NCBI GenBank assembly: GCA_964035545.1
Contig: OZ037766.1
Span: forward strand, 10,840,722 to 10,904,721
DNA from: Bugula neritina
Lineage: Eukaryota > Animalia > Bryozoa
DNA: 64,000 nucleotides
Direction: 5' to 3'
Shown here: positions 12,524-27,099 of the stretch, piece by piece
How positions within the stretch are numbered: the stretch's first letter is position 1
Layout of the letters: each line of letters begins with the position of its first letter
Notes under the pieces: generated by a model
The model's input: only the letters and a program-made list of their open reading frames with translations
Databases searched by the model: none
Told to the model about the DNA's origin: nothing
Position numbers and translations under genes: made by a program

Positions 12524-15500
12524 TCAATACTCATCAATGTTGTCCCACGTTTGTTGTCTGGACTTCTTCTTTCCCTTCTTTGGTGTCGGCATTCTAAGAG
12601 CCTCCAGCTTGGTAGGCTTCCTCATACTAAGCTCGTCATTGTTGGTTGCATGGTGGGCGCCGTGCACCGCAGCCGCTCTGATGTCTGCACTCCTCGGCTG
12701 ATGTGAAGAACCTGACGGACTGCTACTTCCATTGGTATATATTGCAGCTCCTGAAGTGCTCCCTGGTAAGAAATGCAATACTTTATGCTGCAACTCATCA
12801 GTTGATTCTTATGAACACACTGTTTGGACCAGCTGCATAGGATTGTTCAACTTGATGATTTTATTACATTTTACATTACATTTTACATCATTACATTTTT
12901 ATTACCATAAAAATCAAATAAGAATAGAAAAGGTTTTCATCGTAGCAATAGCTAAATAAACAAATTCAAGCAGGTGGCACAAAGGATATTCCAAAATTTA
13001 TTAGACGCTATACAAAATTTTTAATAAAAAATACTCTCCTAAAATAATCTAAAAGTACAATATCTGATTCTCTCAACATTTTTGTCTACCTGCATATTTG
13101 CTTTGCTCAGTTTCACTCAGTAGTTTGCTTTGTCTGGTTGTCCTGAAATAGTTGCTAGGAGTATTTTCTCCAGATGTTAACTTCTGGTAGAATGCATCTT
13201 CTTCAGGATTTGGGTCATACACAGAGCGTCCATTACTAACATGGCGTGCACCAGGCTGTCTTCCCCCAGGTATCATTCCTAAAGAGATATCACAAGTAAA
13301 ACATATATAGAGTACATAGCATTTGTTGAGTGCACATCCTGTTGAAAGTTACAAGATTGAATACAATTTTCTAATTAGAAAGTATGCAGACAGTAAGCAT
13401 GGACTTTCACAAGTTTTCTGATTACTATTTTGAACAAGTCATAAAATTACCTGCAGCAGGTAAAGATGTTTTTTCTATTTTCATTGCAGGCAATATCCAT
13501 CTGCTTTCTTCATCATCATACACACACTCAGTTTTTATTCTAGTAAATAAGAGATCCATGAAATAAATAATAGTTTGTAGATATATTATGTTGTAAAATA
13601 ATTCAGTGAGGCCCATCTTTGATGTTATACCGCTAATCAATAACATAAACTCTTTTGAGAACATGATTCATGTGCTTATGCCATAGCATCTTATTTACAT
13701 TTTGCTCCAACAATATTCCTATTTGGATTATAATTAACTCTGCAAATCTGTATAAGAAAATGTTGAAAAAAGAATGGAGTGAACTTGAGTCAATTTCAAA
13801 ATGGCTGTTTCCTTGCCACAAACTACATGCAGATACATTTAGTTATTCAATACGTTTCCACTAGTAATTCATAATGAACTTACTTATCAAGGTTGCTGTA
13901 GTTGCAGTCGCGTCTAAGACAGGGATGTATCCTATCAAGAAGAGCTTGACTAAGTTCAGATTGTTTTTCTAGTTTACGAATCGTATCCAAATAATCGATT
14001 CTGTCAAATTCAAACTCTGACTGCAAGTCGGTGATGTCTCTTTGTAAAGCCTTGTTCTATAAAATATAGCAAACACTAATACATATAACTATATAGCAAA
14101 CACTAATACATATAACTATATAGCAAACACTAATACATATAACTATATAGCAAACACTAATACATATAACTATATAGCAAACACTAATACATATAACTAT
14201 ATAGCAAACACTAATACATATAACTATATAGTAAACACTAATACATATAACTATATAGCAAACACTAATACATATAACTATATAGTAAACACTAATGCAT
14301 ATAACTATATAGCAAACACTAATACATATAACTATATAGTAAACACTAATACATATAACTATATAGCAAACACTAATACATATAACTATATAGTAAACAC
14401 TAATACATATAACTATATAGCAAACACTAATACATATAACTAGTCAAATTGTTAGTATTAGCAGTTGGTAATCCCTTTTATCAACAAAATATATTTTTTA
14501 CAGTATGGCATGTTAAATATATACAGCATACAATCAGATAGCAGTACCTTTTCTTTTTCATTTTCGTATCGTTTTTTCATAGCTCTCAGTTCATCTTGTA
14601 CAGTGTCATATATTTCCACCATGATTCCATCATCATCACCTTTGGCAACAGCGTCTATAATGAAAAAAAGTTAAGAAATGACCGAAATAATGACTATCAA
14701 TAAATTTACCCAAAAACTAAGTATATATATTGTCCCGTTATTGATATCTACATGACAAAATATCATAATCATAATACATTATCACAATCATTATATACAA
14801 GAATAATATAATAATATAATGATATATACATAGAATAATAAATTTATTTATATAAATAGTATGCGTTAAAATATAAAGTTACTAAAATTAATGCAAAGAG
14901 TTTTATTACTGAGTTATACGTATGAATGTACATGTCTGCCAAACCTGCAAGAGCAAGACGCTTCTCCTCAGCATGACGCTTTTTCTTTCGTCTCCGTTCC
15001 TTAATCTCAGAATTACCCACAGCTTCTCCGCCAACCATCTGCTCTTGAAGCTCCTGTAACCTGTTGTGAAAATTTTGGCAAATCAACATTATAGGGGAAG
15101 AGGCTGTAACATGTTTATTTATTGCATCCTGTTATCTTCTATAATAAATTTAACTCTCAAAAATCTAGCTGAAAGGAATTATTGTTCAGTCTTCGAAATT
15201 TTCTCAGTGTATAAATTTGTATGCTCTTTGTTTTCATTTGAGGCATAACAGCATATTATAAGATGTACTGGGATTTTGCCTTCTCTGTGTAGCAACTGTT
15301 TTGTATGGATAAAAGAAACTTAAGAAGGCTATAAATCTAAAATACTATACTTCAGATACCTTCACAGTTCAACTGAAAATTGAATAAGTGTTTTAAAACA
15401 CAAGTATTTTATTTGACAAGGTTGTTCAAATTGACTAATTATATGAGATGGACCAGTGAGCTATAATTATTTTAGCTTACTAATATATAATGTAAAATAT

Positions 15501-18500
15501 TCTCTATTTCATTGCAATTAAACATCTCACAACAGTCAAGTTATAACTATTATAATGTATTTTCTGCTGCAAAAATTTTTTTTACAATACTGCATGCACT
15601 TTTATCTAAAGACAATAAGAAAGGTGTTGCATTGAAACCAATTTTAACTTCTTTATAATTTCGTTTTTCTACATGATATAAGTTTGACTAATAATAACAT
15701 ATATTGCTAAAAAATTCATTTATAGTGTATAAATCAATAATGTATATGGCAGCACTGTTTTTTATGAAAATGCATAAAACAGGTGAATATGTAATGAAAA
15801 TGATGTCCAAACAATAGAAAGTAAAAGCTAATCATATTCATTCTGCTAAAACGGGTGCAAATCAAAACAGAAAATTAAAATCTCAAAACAACAACAATGG
15901 ATACCTTTCAAATGCAATCACACGATCACTTTTAGAAGTCATACTAAAGATATCAAAGCATAGCATGTTATAGTATAGCATGCTATAGTATGGTATGTTA
16001 TAGCATAGTATGTTATAGTATGGTATGTTATAGCATAGCATGTTATAGTATAGTATGTTATAGAATAGCATGTTATAGTATAGTATGTTATAGAATAGCA
16101 TGTTATAGTATAGTATGTTATAGAATAGCATGTTATAGTATAGTATGTTATAGAATAGCATGTTATAGCATAGCATGTTAAAGTAGAGCATGATGTAGCA
16201 TAGCATGTTATCTCTAGTAAAGCTAAAACATAATTACAAATTTATGGCTTTGCATTATAATGATGCAAGACAGCAGCTTAAAGCTTTAATAGTGTTAACT
16301 GTTATTAAAGTCCTTATATTTAAATCACAACAACTAGTGTAATTGCGAGTAAATATGTATATACATAAACTTAAACAACTCGCTTTCTGTTTTATAAAGT
16401 TACTGCAACTGCTGCTATACGTCAACAAGAGAGGAAAAGCTAATCACACTAGCTGCTAAAGCAAAGTGACTACTACGAATCTGAAGCTATCAGCACAAAT
16501 ACATTAATATGTTCTATTTAAAAAGGTGATAAGTGAAAAAACCTGTACCTTTTCAGAGCTTCTGCCTGCTGCAGCACATCTGGTTTGTAATTCATATCCG
16601 AATTTCCATCAAAATCGCTGCCAGTGGGTGATGACCTGGGAGCAGAGGTGGGAGATGTTCGCTGCCTCTCACTGGTCACACTCTCCACTCTCATCACAGG
16701 ATCTGCTGAAAACCATGTAAGTTATATTGCTATACAGCTTCACCTCAACAGCTGTTACTATGACTTTGTATGTGTAGTTTCAAATCAAACATTAATTTTT
16801 AAAATAAAACATATTTTATGAAACTTTACCATTGAAGCTCAATTATGGTCTCATCAGTTAATTATAGTTACTACTATATTTAATTAGAAGTTCTCAAAGT
16901 TACAGTTGTGGTGATTGGGATTATGCAAATTCAGTATTATTTATGTCAACTCATATAAAAATGTTGCTTTTTAAATATATGAAAGTCATATTTATATTAT
17001 CAATTTATGCAAGTTTATGCAATAATCTAATACCTTAGGAATTTATTGAAATTGCATGTAATTTGACTTGTAACTAGTTTTTTTAAACTAGATAAATACT
17101 GTGTAGATATTAATTAGATGCTAGGTAAATATAATATTGATAATAAATCATGTCAACTTAAATCAACACAGAATTTACTACAAACCATTATTAGCTGGTT
17201 GATCTTCAGGGGGTAGAGCTTCATTATTATTTTCTACAATTACAGTATTGTATTTTATTATAACCTATCTCAATAATGCATCAAATGTACTTCATTATGA
17301 ACTACAAATCTAACCAAAGTTTACATACTGTATATAACACAACAATCATGAAATATAGGGTGCTGTGGAAACAGGAAAGTTTGTCAAAATATGCTCTTCT
17401 AGAGTTTAAGAACGTGAAATTTGTCTGTATTTGCATGGAAAGTGGGGTGTTTTCAGTCATTTGTGCAAAACCTACCACCATAAAAAAATTAATGAATTAT
17501 ATATTACTTGAAAATACAGCTACCAATAATTATCTTTAGCAAAATAAATGTGGATTCAAAAATTTAAAATGTAGACACTGGATAGCATTGCAGGTAAATT
17601 GAAATAGACTAATTAGTCAACATATTTTGGCAAACAAAATTAAACCCAGTGACCAACCACAATTCTGATAGGAAAAAGCTAAATGAGTTTCAGATTTTCA
17701 AATAGTTTTGCAAATAAAATGTGCATGTCATAGGCAGTATTAGTTACCGTAGTAACTGAAAACACCCCACAATATAATTGGCTGAATAAACCAGCAAGCA
17801 AATATATAAGAGAAGGTAACACATCACAGCATTGCTTGGAGCATAGCATGAACAATACCAACTATCCAGTACCTACCATATCCCAAGACTGAAATAAGTA
17901 AAAAGAATCAATCAAATTTAAGTAAGACTAAGTACATCTAAAGTTTACTTTAAATGATACCAGATCTTACTAAAAACAGTGACACATGTCATTATATACT
18001 CTTGAATGTAGTGATACATTTGATCAATCAAAACAATTTTCACTTTTTCAAACTTCAAATGCTTTGGTTTAACTTTCATAGTTATAACTACAGACATACT
18101 CGTACTAAGCCAAGTACAAGAAGAACAAGATTTTACCTTCAGATGTACGCGGAAGTAGACCGGCATGTTTCCCTTCTACATCTTGTATTTTGCTATCATA
18201 ATATTCCCTTAATTTATTCATATCCTCTTCTAGTTTGGACTTATTCACTCTTTCTTCTTCATATTTAGATTTGAGTTCTTCAAGCTGCATTTCATACTCC
18301 TACCAAATCCACATGATGTGAACATGTTATCTTATAATGCATCGTATAACTCACGCCATAAATGACTATTTAAATTTTATGCAATTGTAAGAGAAAAGTT
18401 GAAGAAAATTGCAGTAATTGTAATTATCAACAGGTCCTGCCACTAAATCCCATTTATTTTGCACAAATTTCGCTTCGTCCAGAAAATCTTGCAAAGACAG

Positions 18501-21500
18501 TTGCATGCTGCACATATTTTTTCCAAAATTCTATAATTAGCTTTATCTCTACCTTTCTAATCTCTTCCTTTTCTACTTCGAGTTCAGCTGAGTCTGTATC
18601 AGTCGTCGGTACTGTTTTGGGTTTGACTGGTTTAGAAACCGATGATGCATTTGCTATCAACGCATTTACTACAAACATTACAGGGAAAGATTTCACAGCT
18701 GTTGCTATGACTACAACTATAACAGCTACTCTTTAACAAGGGTAGACAATTTAAACATGTTCTAACATTGGTAATACATTTTAAACAAAGTAGGTGTTTA
18801 CAGTAAGGATGGCACGCAAAGGCTATTGGTTTTACAGGTATAAAGAGAGAGCACTTGAACATTGTCTATAACATACACTACTAGCACGCACACAATTTAT
18901 CAAACCTACAAGAATTTAGATGAGACTAGCAACTAGCTAATTCATGATCGAATAACTTATATTGTTTAAGGCATATGAATTGAACATAGCAAACTATAGG
19001 TACATGAACAAGATATGCTCATGGTTATTGCATTATAAAAAAATTCGTTTCAAGCTAGATTATCTAAGCAAATAAATCTTTAAATAAAATGAGAATAAAA
19101 TATTCTAGCTTGACTAGTGAGTAAAATATATGCTAGTTTGTAGAAGGCACACGGATTTCTATGGTAAATAAATTATTGTACTATATTATGATACAGATGA
19201 AATACCTGTGTTTGCTGAAGACAGCAATGCAGCCACTAGAGAAATCATAGTTTATAAGTATACACAAATAATATATCACAAAATGTTATTCATAAATATC
19301 CAAAATTATTGAAGGTAAAGTTTTTTACTCCAGCCACATGTATAATAAGTGAGATAAAATTTAAAAAACCAAGCTCAAGTCCAGCTGTTCAAACAAGAAA
19401 CCAATGTTGAAAGATTATTTAATTTACTTTCTTATTAATTTGGTAAAATGCTGTCCATTCAACAAAATTAATTTAGTTTGGCATTCTAATTTAAAAGATA
19501 AATTTATTTAAGTTCTGATACATCATAGGTTTAAAAAAACAGGACTTAATTTATTTGTTGGCCCAGAATAATATAATTTTAGATTTTTCACACTAATTCC
19601 AGTATAAATATAAACGGGATATAATATGATAAAAGATTTAAACTCACAGTCTATGTTTCCATCTCCCATCTGTCCAGCAAGCAGAGCTCTGAGTTTAGTT
19701 ATCTCCTCTTGATACTCCCGTAGCAGGGCGTCTTTTGGGTCTTCATTTATCTTGGGTTTATTCTTGATGTTTTTAGCTCGATTAGCATATCTATTTAATG
19801 ATAACACATTGCCCTTATCATAATAGTATAATGCATATTACATATATATAATAGTGTAATGCATATTACATATATATATAATAGTGTAATGCATATTACA
19901 ATAGTATAAGACATGTAATAGTGTACTACAATAGTATAAAACATGTAATAAAGGAAGAATAAACATCATTTTAACTCTGCTAACTAAGAATTGCAAGATC
20001 AAAAAATTAAGTAAAGCAACAATTTTGGTCTCCTTTTATGACTAAAGCTGACATTGTAACATAATGTGTCAGTAAACAGCATAGTAGGTAGGTCAAAGTT
20101 GTACCGATCCCTAAATGAATTATTACTATTCTGATACTTATATAAAATTAGGATAATTTCAATAAATATAAGACCATGTCATCATCCCCTAATCAGAAAA
20201 TCACAATTACATGATCTAAATAAAGTATGAAAACTATCATGGTATCACTGAAAACTCAACAGTTCTCAAGTTGCTAACTGTTACATGTATACTCAAAGTA
20301 TAGTGGTACCCACATGTGTATAAGACATAATGGTGTATAAGACATAATGGTGTATAAGACATTACATAGACACAATACCTGAGGGTGCTGAGTGTCTCAT
20401 CATAGTTATTATCAGCAGGTGAGAGACAGGCCACCATCAAAGTTTTAGTATTTCCTCCCAGCGAATCCTGCAGAAGTCTAGTCAATTTAGAGTCTCTGTA
20501 CGGTATATGTTTGGACTTGCCATCCACCAGGGCAGAGATCACGTTACCCAGTGCAGACAATGAGAGGTTGATCTTAGTGGCTTCTTTCAGTCTGTCACCT
20601 GTAGCTCCTACAAATACATACACACATAGTAGCTATATTGTTTACTGATAATCACTTTTGAGCATACAAGCACTAGAGAGTTGTACCTTTACTTCACAGC
20701 GAAGTTCAAACTACCATTGGTGGTAAAAGCATGAGTTCCGCTTAAGACAATAATGTGCAAAAAATAAATGGTTTTCAATTAAGTCGAGATTTTAATTGTT
20801 TAAGTTTAGTTTTGCTGGATGTGTGAATTTCTTGACTTTATTAATTACTTTCTTAAATATGGAAATTGTTAAAAACAAATTTTTCATTTAAGATAAAGCA
20901 AATATTAATGATGAGACTCAAAATTATTCAGTCAACATGAGTCCAAGTTTTACTGTTTGTGATTTAAGCCAGCTTTAAGAAGATGCATGTGTAAAGCACT
21001 TTACTACACAGTATACATGTCCAGCACAAGTCATGACAGCCATAACTAACCTGTCTTGGCTTGTCGTTCACTACCAGCCAAATCAACGAGATTCAGTTTT
21101 CCAGCTTTGATGTGTTCCTCTCCTGCCTCATCAACTGTTGCCATCTCCAGTTGTATGGTGAAGATGGAGTGACTGCGTGACGAGTCTGCATTCATTAGAG
21201 TTGCACCGACAGATCTGTTCTTCCAGCCCAAAGCCATGACTTTCTCACAATCTCCCACATTGTGTACGGGATGCAGAGACAGGCCTACATAGAAATTACT
21301 TGCTTAAAGGGCAAAGGAAAATACATTCATGTAGCAAAACTACTTGATTCAATCCCTTTAATAACGGTGCTGTAATTGCTTTTATAGTATTTAAACTCTA
21401 ATTGCATCCATATAAAAGTCATATTTAAAAACTCACGTGGGTTATATCTTGTTCAACAAAAACAATGCAAACAACCTTAAAAACAAAATTTTATTAGCAC

Positions 21501-24500
21501 AAGACTGAAAGCAATATACACAGCCATATATAATTTCTTTTATAAATACTTGAAAAATTAATCTACTGCAATATTATGCTATGGCTACAAACTGAACACT
21601 GCTCTTAACAGTGTCTGTGTGTCATAGAAAGCAGCACTTTATGTGAATGATGTTGAAGAAAACATGCAATGGTAAACTTAGTAGCCCATGAAAGAGATTT
21701 ATTAGCCTGTAGGTATTGCTAAGACAGCTGGCCGGAGTTACTAATGCTACAGTAAAACTCTATTTTTTAAATAAAAACAAATAAATATACTTGTTTAAGA
21801 TTTCTAACAAAACATGTTTTCTTTTAGGCTAGGTAGTTGCTGCTGATGTATCTTGATTCTGATTGTTATGTGAATGTCTTGAAATACGTCATACATCACA
21901 AACTGCATATAGCTGGCTCTTGTTTTAAAGTAAATGAGTGATTTGTGAATCAAAATTTTTACAATAGCTGCAGGAATCAATAAACTTTTGCACAACTAAA
22001 TTAAAGTCACATAACACTATTTAGTTTTGAGCCAGTTGTTAACTATGAGTGTGCAAAATATAGTATGAAGTAGTCTGGAGTTTTGTATAACATGATTGTA
22101 CTACACAGAAATCAATTAGCAGCATATTGTATGTTGATGCAAAATGTTTGAATAACACAGCTTAAGCTATTGAAAAACTTTATTAGCAGCTAATATACTA
22201 TTGAAAATCTGTCAACAGAAACAGAACAAATGAAAATACAAGCAATTAAAGCCAATGTACAGCTACTGCACCTTTGGAACAGCTGAAAGTTACTATTTAT
22301 CATTTGTGAGGTTTGTTTTGTGTCTGTTTAAAATGTATACAAAAAATAAAATTTGTCATAACAAGGCAACTGTATTGTATATTGTGTGTGAAATAGTATA
22401 CCAGCTAACTGTAGTCAAAACTACATGAAACACAGGCATGCTGCATAAATAGCAAGTTAATAATTAATATTATAATTTGTGTTTGTAGAAATATGCCACT
22501 ACAATTTAGTATGGTGGTTTCAAAAGTTTTTAATAAAAACCCAGCTTTCTGAAAACTTTTGTTAACTATTAGATCTGCAAATTAATTTTCATGAGTAAGT
22601 TATGGATACTATACAATACTGGGATACTATACAACACTGAGATACTATACAATACTGGGATACTATACAATACTGGGATACTATACAACACTGGGATACT
22701 ATACAACACTGAGATACTATACAACACTGGGATACTATACAATACTGGGATACTATACAATACTGGGATACTATACAATACTGAGATACTATACAATACT
22801 GAGATACTCTACAACACTGAGATACTATACAACACTGAGATACTATACAATACTGAGATACTATGCAATACTGAGATACTATACAGTACTGGGATACTAT
22901 ACAATACTGGGATACTATACAATACTGAGATACTATACAATACTGAGATACTATACAATACTGGGATACTATACAATACTGAGATACTATACAATACTGA
23001 GATACTCTACAACACTGAGATACTATACAATACTGAGATACTATACAACACTGAGATACTATATAATACAGAGATACTCTACAACACTGAGATACTATAC
23101 AACACTGAGATACTATACAACACTGAGATACTATACAATACTGAGATACTATACAACACTGAGATACTATACAACACTGAGATACTATACAACACTGAGA
23201 TACTATACAATACTGAGATACTATACAATACTGAGATACTATACAACACTGAGATACTATACAACACTGAGATACTATACAATACTGAGATACTATACAA
23301 TACTGAGATACTATACAACACTGAGATACACCAATGCATGTACAAATGCATAATGTTGCGTATCAAAGAATGAATATATTCAAAAACTTACCAGAAACAT
23401 AAACGCCCTTTTCAGGATGCTCCTTGAGATCTAACTTCTGTTTTGCATCTTTACCCAACAAATCTCTAACATCTTCATTATAAATCTCAAGGTAAGATGC
23501 ATGCACTAGGAATCTACACCCTTCTGTTACAGATATGGTCTCAAATATGTGATCAAATGCCCTGTGAACAACATAAAACATGTTTGTGGCTATCAAAATG
23601 ATTAAAATGTACTATAAGAAAAGGCAAGAGAAACCATGTCATGTTTACTATTGGCAATTGGATTGATAATTCTACAAGCAATGAACAAATATTACATAAC
23701 ATAACAAATGTTGAAAATAGAGACATCTCATATTACACAAATTATTCCATCTTCTTGAATAGAGAAAAGCATGCATGCATTAAAATTCAATTACTAAAGT
23801 AATGATAGACTATATGCATATAACTTTTCAAAAAAAATGGTCTTAATTTTTTTGATGCAACATATGGGTTAGTCGTCAATTAAAATTATTCAGTGTCCTT
23901 TTTAACATGAAAGTCGACTCAAACCAGCACAGGCTGGTGCAAGGTGTACCTTGGAATTATCCCTCGCTGACTTGCAGGGTCGGTGATGCCTTGCATACTA
24001 AAGGACTTTCCACACCCAGTTTGACCATAAGCAAATATGGTGCCATTATAACCTTCTGTCACGCCCTGTACAAAATAGGAAATCTCAAACTAGTAGTCAA
24101 TAATCAGCTGATTAGGCAAGAGAGACAACTTTGCAAGGTCAAATATTGTTTCACTTATAGCAAAACTTTTGACTTTATATTTAAGTGAATCATTTGTATA
24201 CTGTTAGCCTAATGCTACAGGCTTAGGATAATATACAATACAAAAACTAAATAATCATATTTCACTGTTTAAGGTTTGTTGTTACTACTGGTTGCTATTT
24301 ATAATATTACTGCATATTGATCAGCATATTGATTACCTTTGACATCACAACATAAGAAGATAATAATGACATAAGCAAATTCTAGTACTGGCTGAGGTGT
24401 ATTCTATATAAAATTAAAACAGCTGATTTGAAGGTGGAGCATTAAAGGCTACATATGTTTCTACATAAAATTAAACTGGAATTAGGTATTTATGTAAGTG

Positions 24501-25538
24501 GCATTACTGCTTTATCCAAGTTATATAACAAGCATCAGGTTAATAACCTAAAGATTAGAAAAACCAATAGTTTATTCAATGCAGTATCTGAGCTGTACTT
24601 GTTATAATCTTTATGTTACAGACTTGTATGTAGATAAAGTACAACATCTACTACAGCGGATTTTTAGTTCTTTATATTTTCATTTAGCAACTGTGCTTAT
24701 TATACACAGAAATAGTATCACACAAACAAACAAAATTGAGAGCAAATTTTAATATTTGAGAAAATCACAGTCTGGTAAATTTAGCTTACTTTTAAATTTT
24801 GGCAACAGCATGGTATTATATGAATGCTATGTATAAATTGTTAACCAATATAACCATCAGTATAATATGCATATGAAACTCATATATGACCAATTTGTAA
24901 ACAATAATTTAGTATATACTATCGAGCTTTGTAGTAATGATAGTTACTGCAAAGTAATGATTAGACCATATTTACATCCCTCACTCATTTGTAGCACAAA
25001 GTATCACAATTATACTTGTACGATCTTACAAGCCTACACAAATTCAATTGGGTAAGACTATAACTGCCAAGTAACACTTAAAGTATTTGGAACTTAATAT
25101 ATATGCTTATATGCTTACATGTATAAACCAATGGAAATATAAAGATTTTGCACAACATGAATCTTCATTATATTGCACAGGCATAATTATGCACCTATAA
25201 GTCATTTTGTATTGCAAGCTTTACAAAGTACAGCACATGTAGAACTGGCATAAATCACATTACAAATTAGAGAGTACAACACATTGAAAATTGTGCATAC
25301 AATTTCTCACCTCAACTAAAGGATAAGCAATATCAGCATAGATATTTTCTGTTGTTGAATCAACAAAATAAGCTCCATCAAACGTAAATGTCTTTGGTGG
25401 TGCTTTTTCGTCAGCAGGATTGACTATTGAGCATTGGCCTTTGGCTCCATTCATAGAAACTACACATTTGCATTTGAGATCTTTTTCTCTGGTATTTATA
25501 GGACGGCACCTGACTATGACTTTTACTGATTCAGACAT
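12524..25538 (-). CDS. KIF17: Kinesin-2 homodimeric IFT motor KIF17/OSM-3. Exons ~25311-25538, 23950-24065, 23392-23561, 21051-21284, 20379-20607, 19648-19790, [19206-19235], 18553-18653, 18137-18299, [17877-17888], [17186-17233], 16549-16705, 14945-15060, 14548-14654, 13884-14056, 13451-13539, 13090-13278, 12524-12762
   Basis: Motor motifs [29 protein letters not shown] and [13 protein letters not shown]17-type tail [28 protein letters not shown], and C-terminal [16 protein letters not shown] resembling the KIF17 basic ciliary-targeting signal. Phases are consistent throughout. Confidence 0.93.
14064..14442. repeat. 27-bp minisatellite (TATAGCAAACACTAATACATATAACTA)n, ~14 copies, directly beside a KIF17 splice acceptor
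   Basis: Visible tandem array. Confidence 0.95.
15958..16211. repeat. 15-bp minisatellite (TAGCATGTTATAGTA-like) with partial 30-bp higher order
   Basis: Visible tandem array. Confidence 0.93.
22605..23328. repeat. 18-bp minisatellite (GATACTATACAAYACTGR)n, ~40 copies, in a KIF17 intron
   Basis: Visible tandem array; source of the spurious ILYNTE ORF. Confidence 0.97.
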
Positions 25539-25539
25539 A

Positions 25540-25555
25540 GTTAGCCCTTAGCAAC
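25540..25555. promoter_or_regulatory. Candidate RFX X-box-like site next to the KIF17 ATG
   Basis: GTTAGCCCTTAGCAAC has a perfect TAGCAAC half-site but atypical spacing. KIF17/OSM-3 is a ciliary gene. Confidence 0.3.
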
Positions 25556-27099
25556 CTCAAAGAAGAAAAATAATTATGAAAGACACAAGTGGTGACAAAA
25601 TTTAATGAGATGAAAAAACGAAAAATCAGTAAATATGATTATTTTTTATACATTTTTCTTGCAAATAAATTCAACATGAAAAAACATTTTTTCACCATCT
25701 TTAGCCTTAAAATATTAGTAAATACCAAAGTTCTTTTTATACATTTGAAAATTTGCAGTAGTGACCATATGTTGAAACTCATTGTTTGCAATTTTCATTC
25801 TAATATACTTCTAATAATGCAGGCTGTGGCCACAATAGCTAAGCCTATAGACAACATAAAAATAATTTACATTTGTTTAAATGTTTTTGTTTGCTAGTAT
25901 TATGCATGCAGAAATTTTTTTTCAACAATAACTTTGGCTAACAATAGGCTAAAGATTCTACAGAATATTGGCCAGTTTAGTGTCACAAGGTTCAAACCTA
26001 GCGTGAGAAAACATTCCTTGAGTTATATTTATACAACTATATCTATATATTACCAGTGTATAAGTTTCCCTAAGAATTAAATATGCTTGTTAGCTACAGT
26101 AACTGAGAATATATTTATTAACTTTAATAAGTAGTAAACTTTTAAGGTTTATCATTATTGCTATTATATAATTACTAGAACAAGCATTTTACTCATGCTA
26201 ATATTTACCAGGTTTAGTATTAGTATTATTATCACAAACTCTAAATTGATCAATAGCAGTATTGGATTTAGTTCAGCTGCTACAGAAATAGTTATAGTAA
26301 CCAAATTGTAACTCAACAAAATAAGTTAGAATAGACAAGTAGTAGAAAAGAATAAAGTAGCAATAAATAACCCAAGTATTTTGTCAAATTAAGAATTTTA
26401 TCCCAACATAACATAGATCTTAATTCACAATAAAAAATATTCAAATTAAATTATATCTCATCACATAGTTTCTTTGTCACTGGAACTTCAAATTGTTTCA
26501 ATCAACTGTGCTAAACCTCTAACAAATTAGTATATTTATTCCATTAATACTACTAGTTTTAGTTATACTGCAAGTGTAAAAGCAATCATGATTGCTAATG
26601 GCCTATCACTGATGGCATTAATTAGTAGCTCTGACCCTTATAGTGACAAATTTCTTGTACTAAAACCAAGCATGAAAAACTTCTTACTGCTATAATAATG
26701 ATAACAGTAACTACTGAATTGTTAATATAACTACAATCATTATACTAAGCAATATTTGTATTAACATTATCATTATGATCATTATTATAACTATAAGTAT
26801 AACTTGAGCCATAGTCAAACGTTGTGCTCATTTAGTCATTATATGAGTAATTCTATTAGCATATTTATATGAATAAATAAATTTCAGAGCTATAAGACCA
26901 AGTATAAGCAGTAATTCAACTAATTATAGTTCTGCAGCTACAAGTACAAGTACAACTGCAAACTAGTATAGGTGAGTGTACAAGCATTTTCGCTTTGATT
27001 GAGTCACACTCACAGTCACTGTCATTTACTATTAATAATACTATTATACATATAATTCTAAATTTCAATGTCTGTCTAATGTCTATAACATGCTTTTTA

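Noticed and set aside
17300-17471. Additional open phase-1 segment on the - strand in the KIF17 intron
   Set aside because: Weak acceptor, no convincing donor before a stop, and no kinesin-like character
22591-23373. 260-aa ILYNTE-repeat ORF, and a possible CRISPR-like array
   Set aside because: It is a stop-free 18-bp minisatellite inside a KIF17 intron. There are no unique spacers or cas genes, and the context is eukaryotic.
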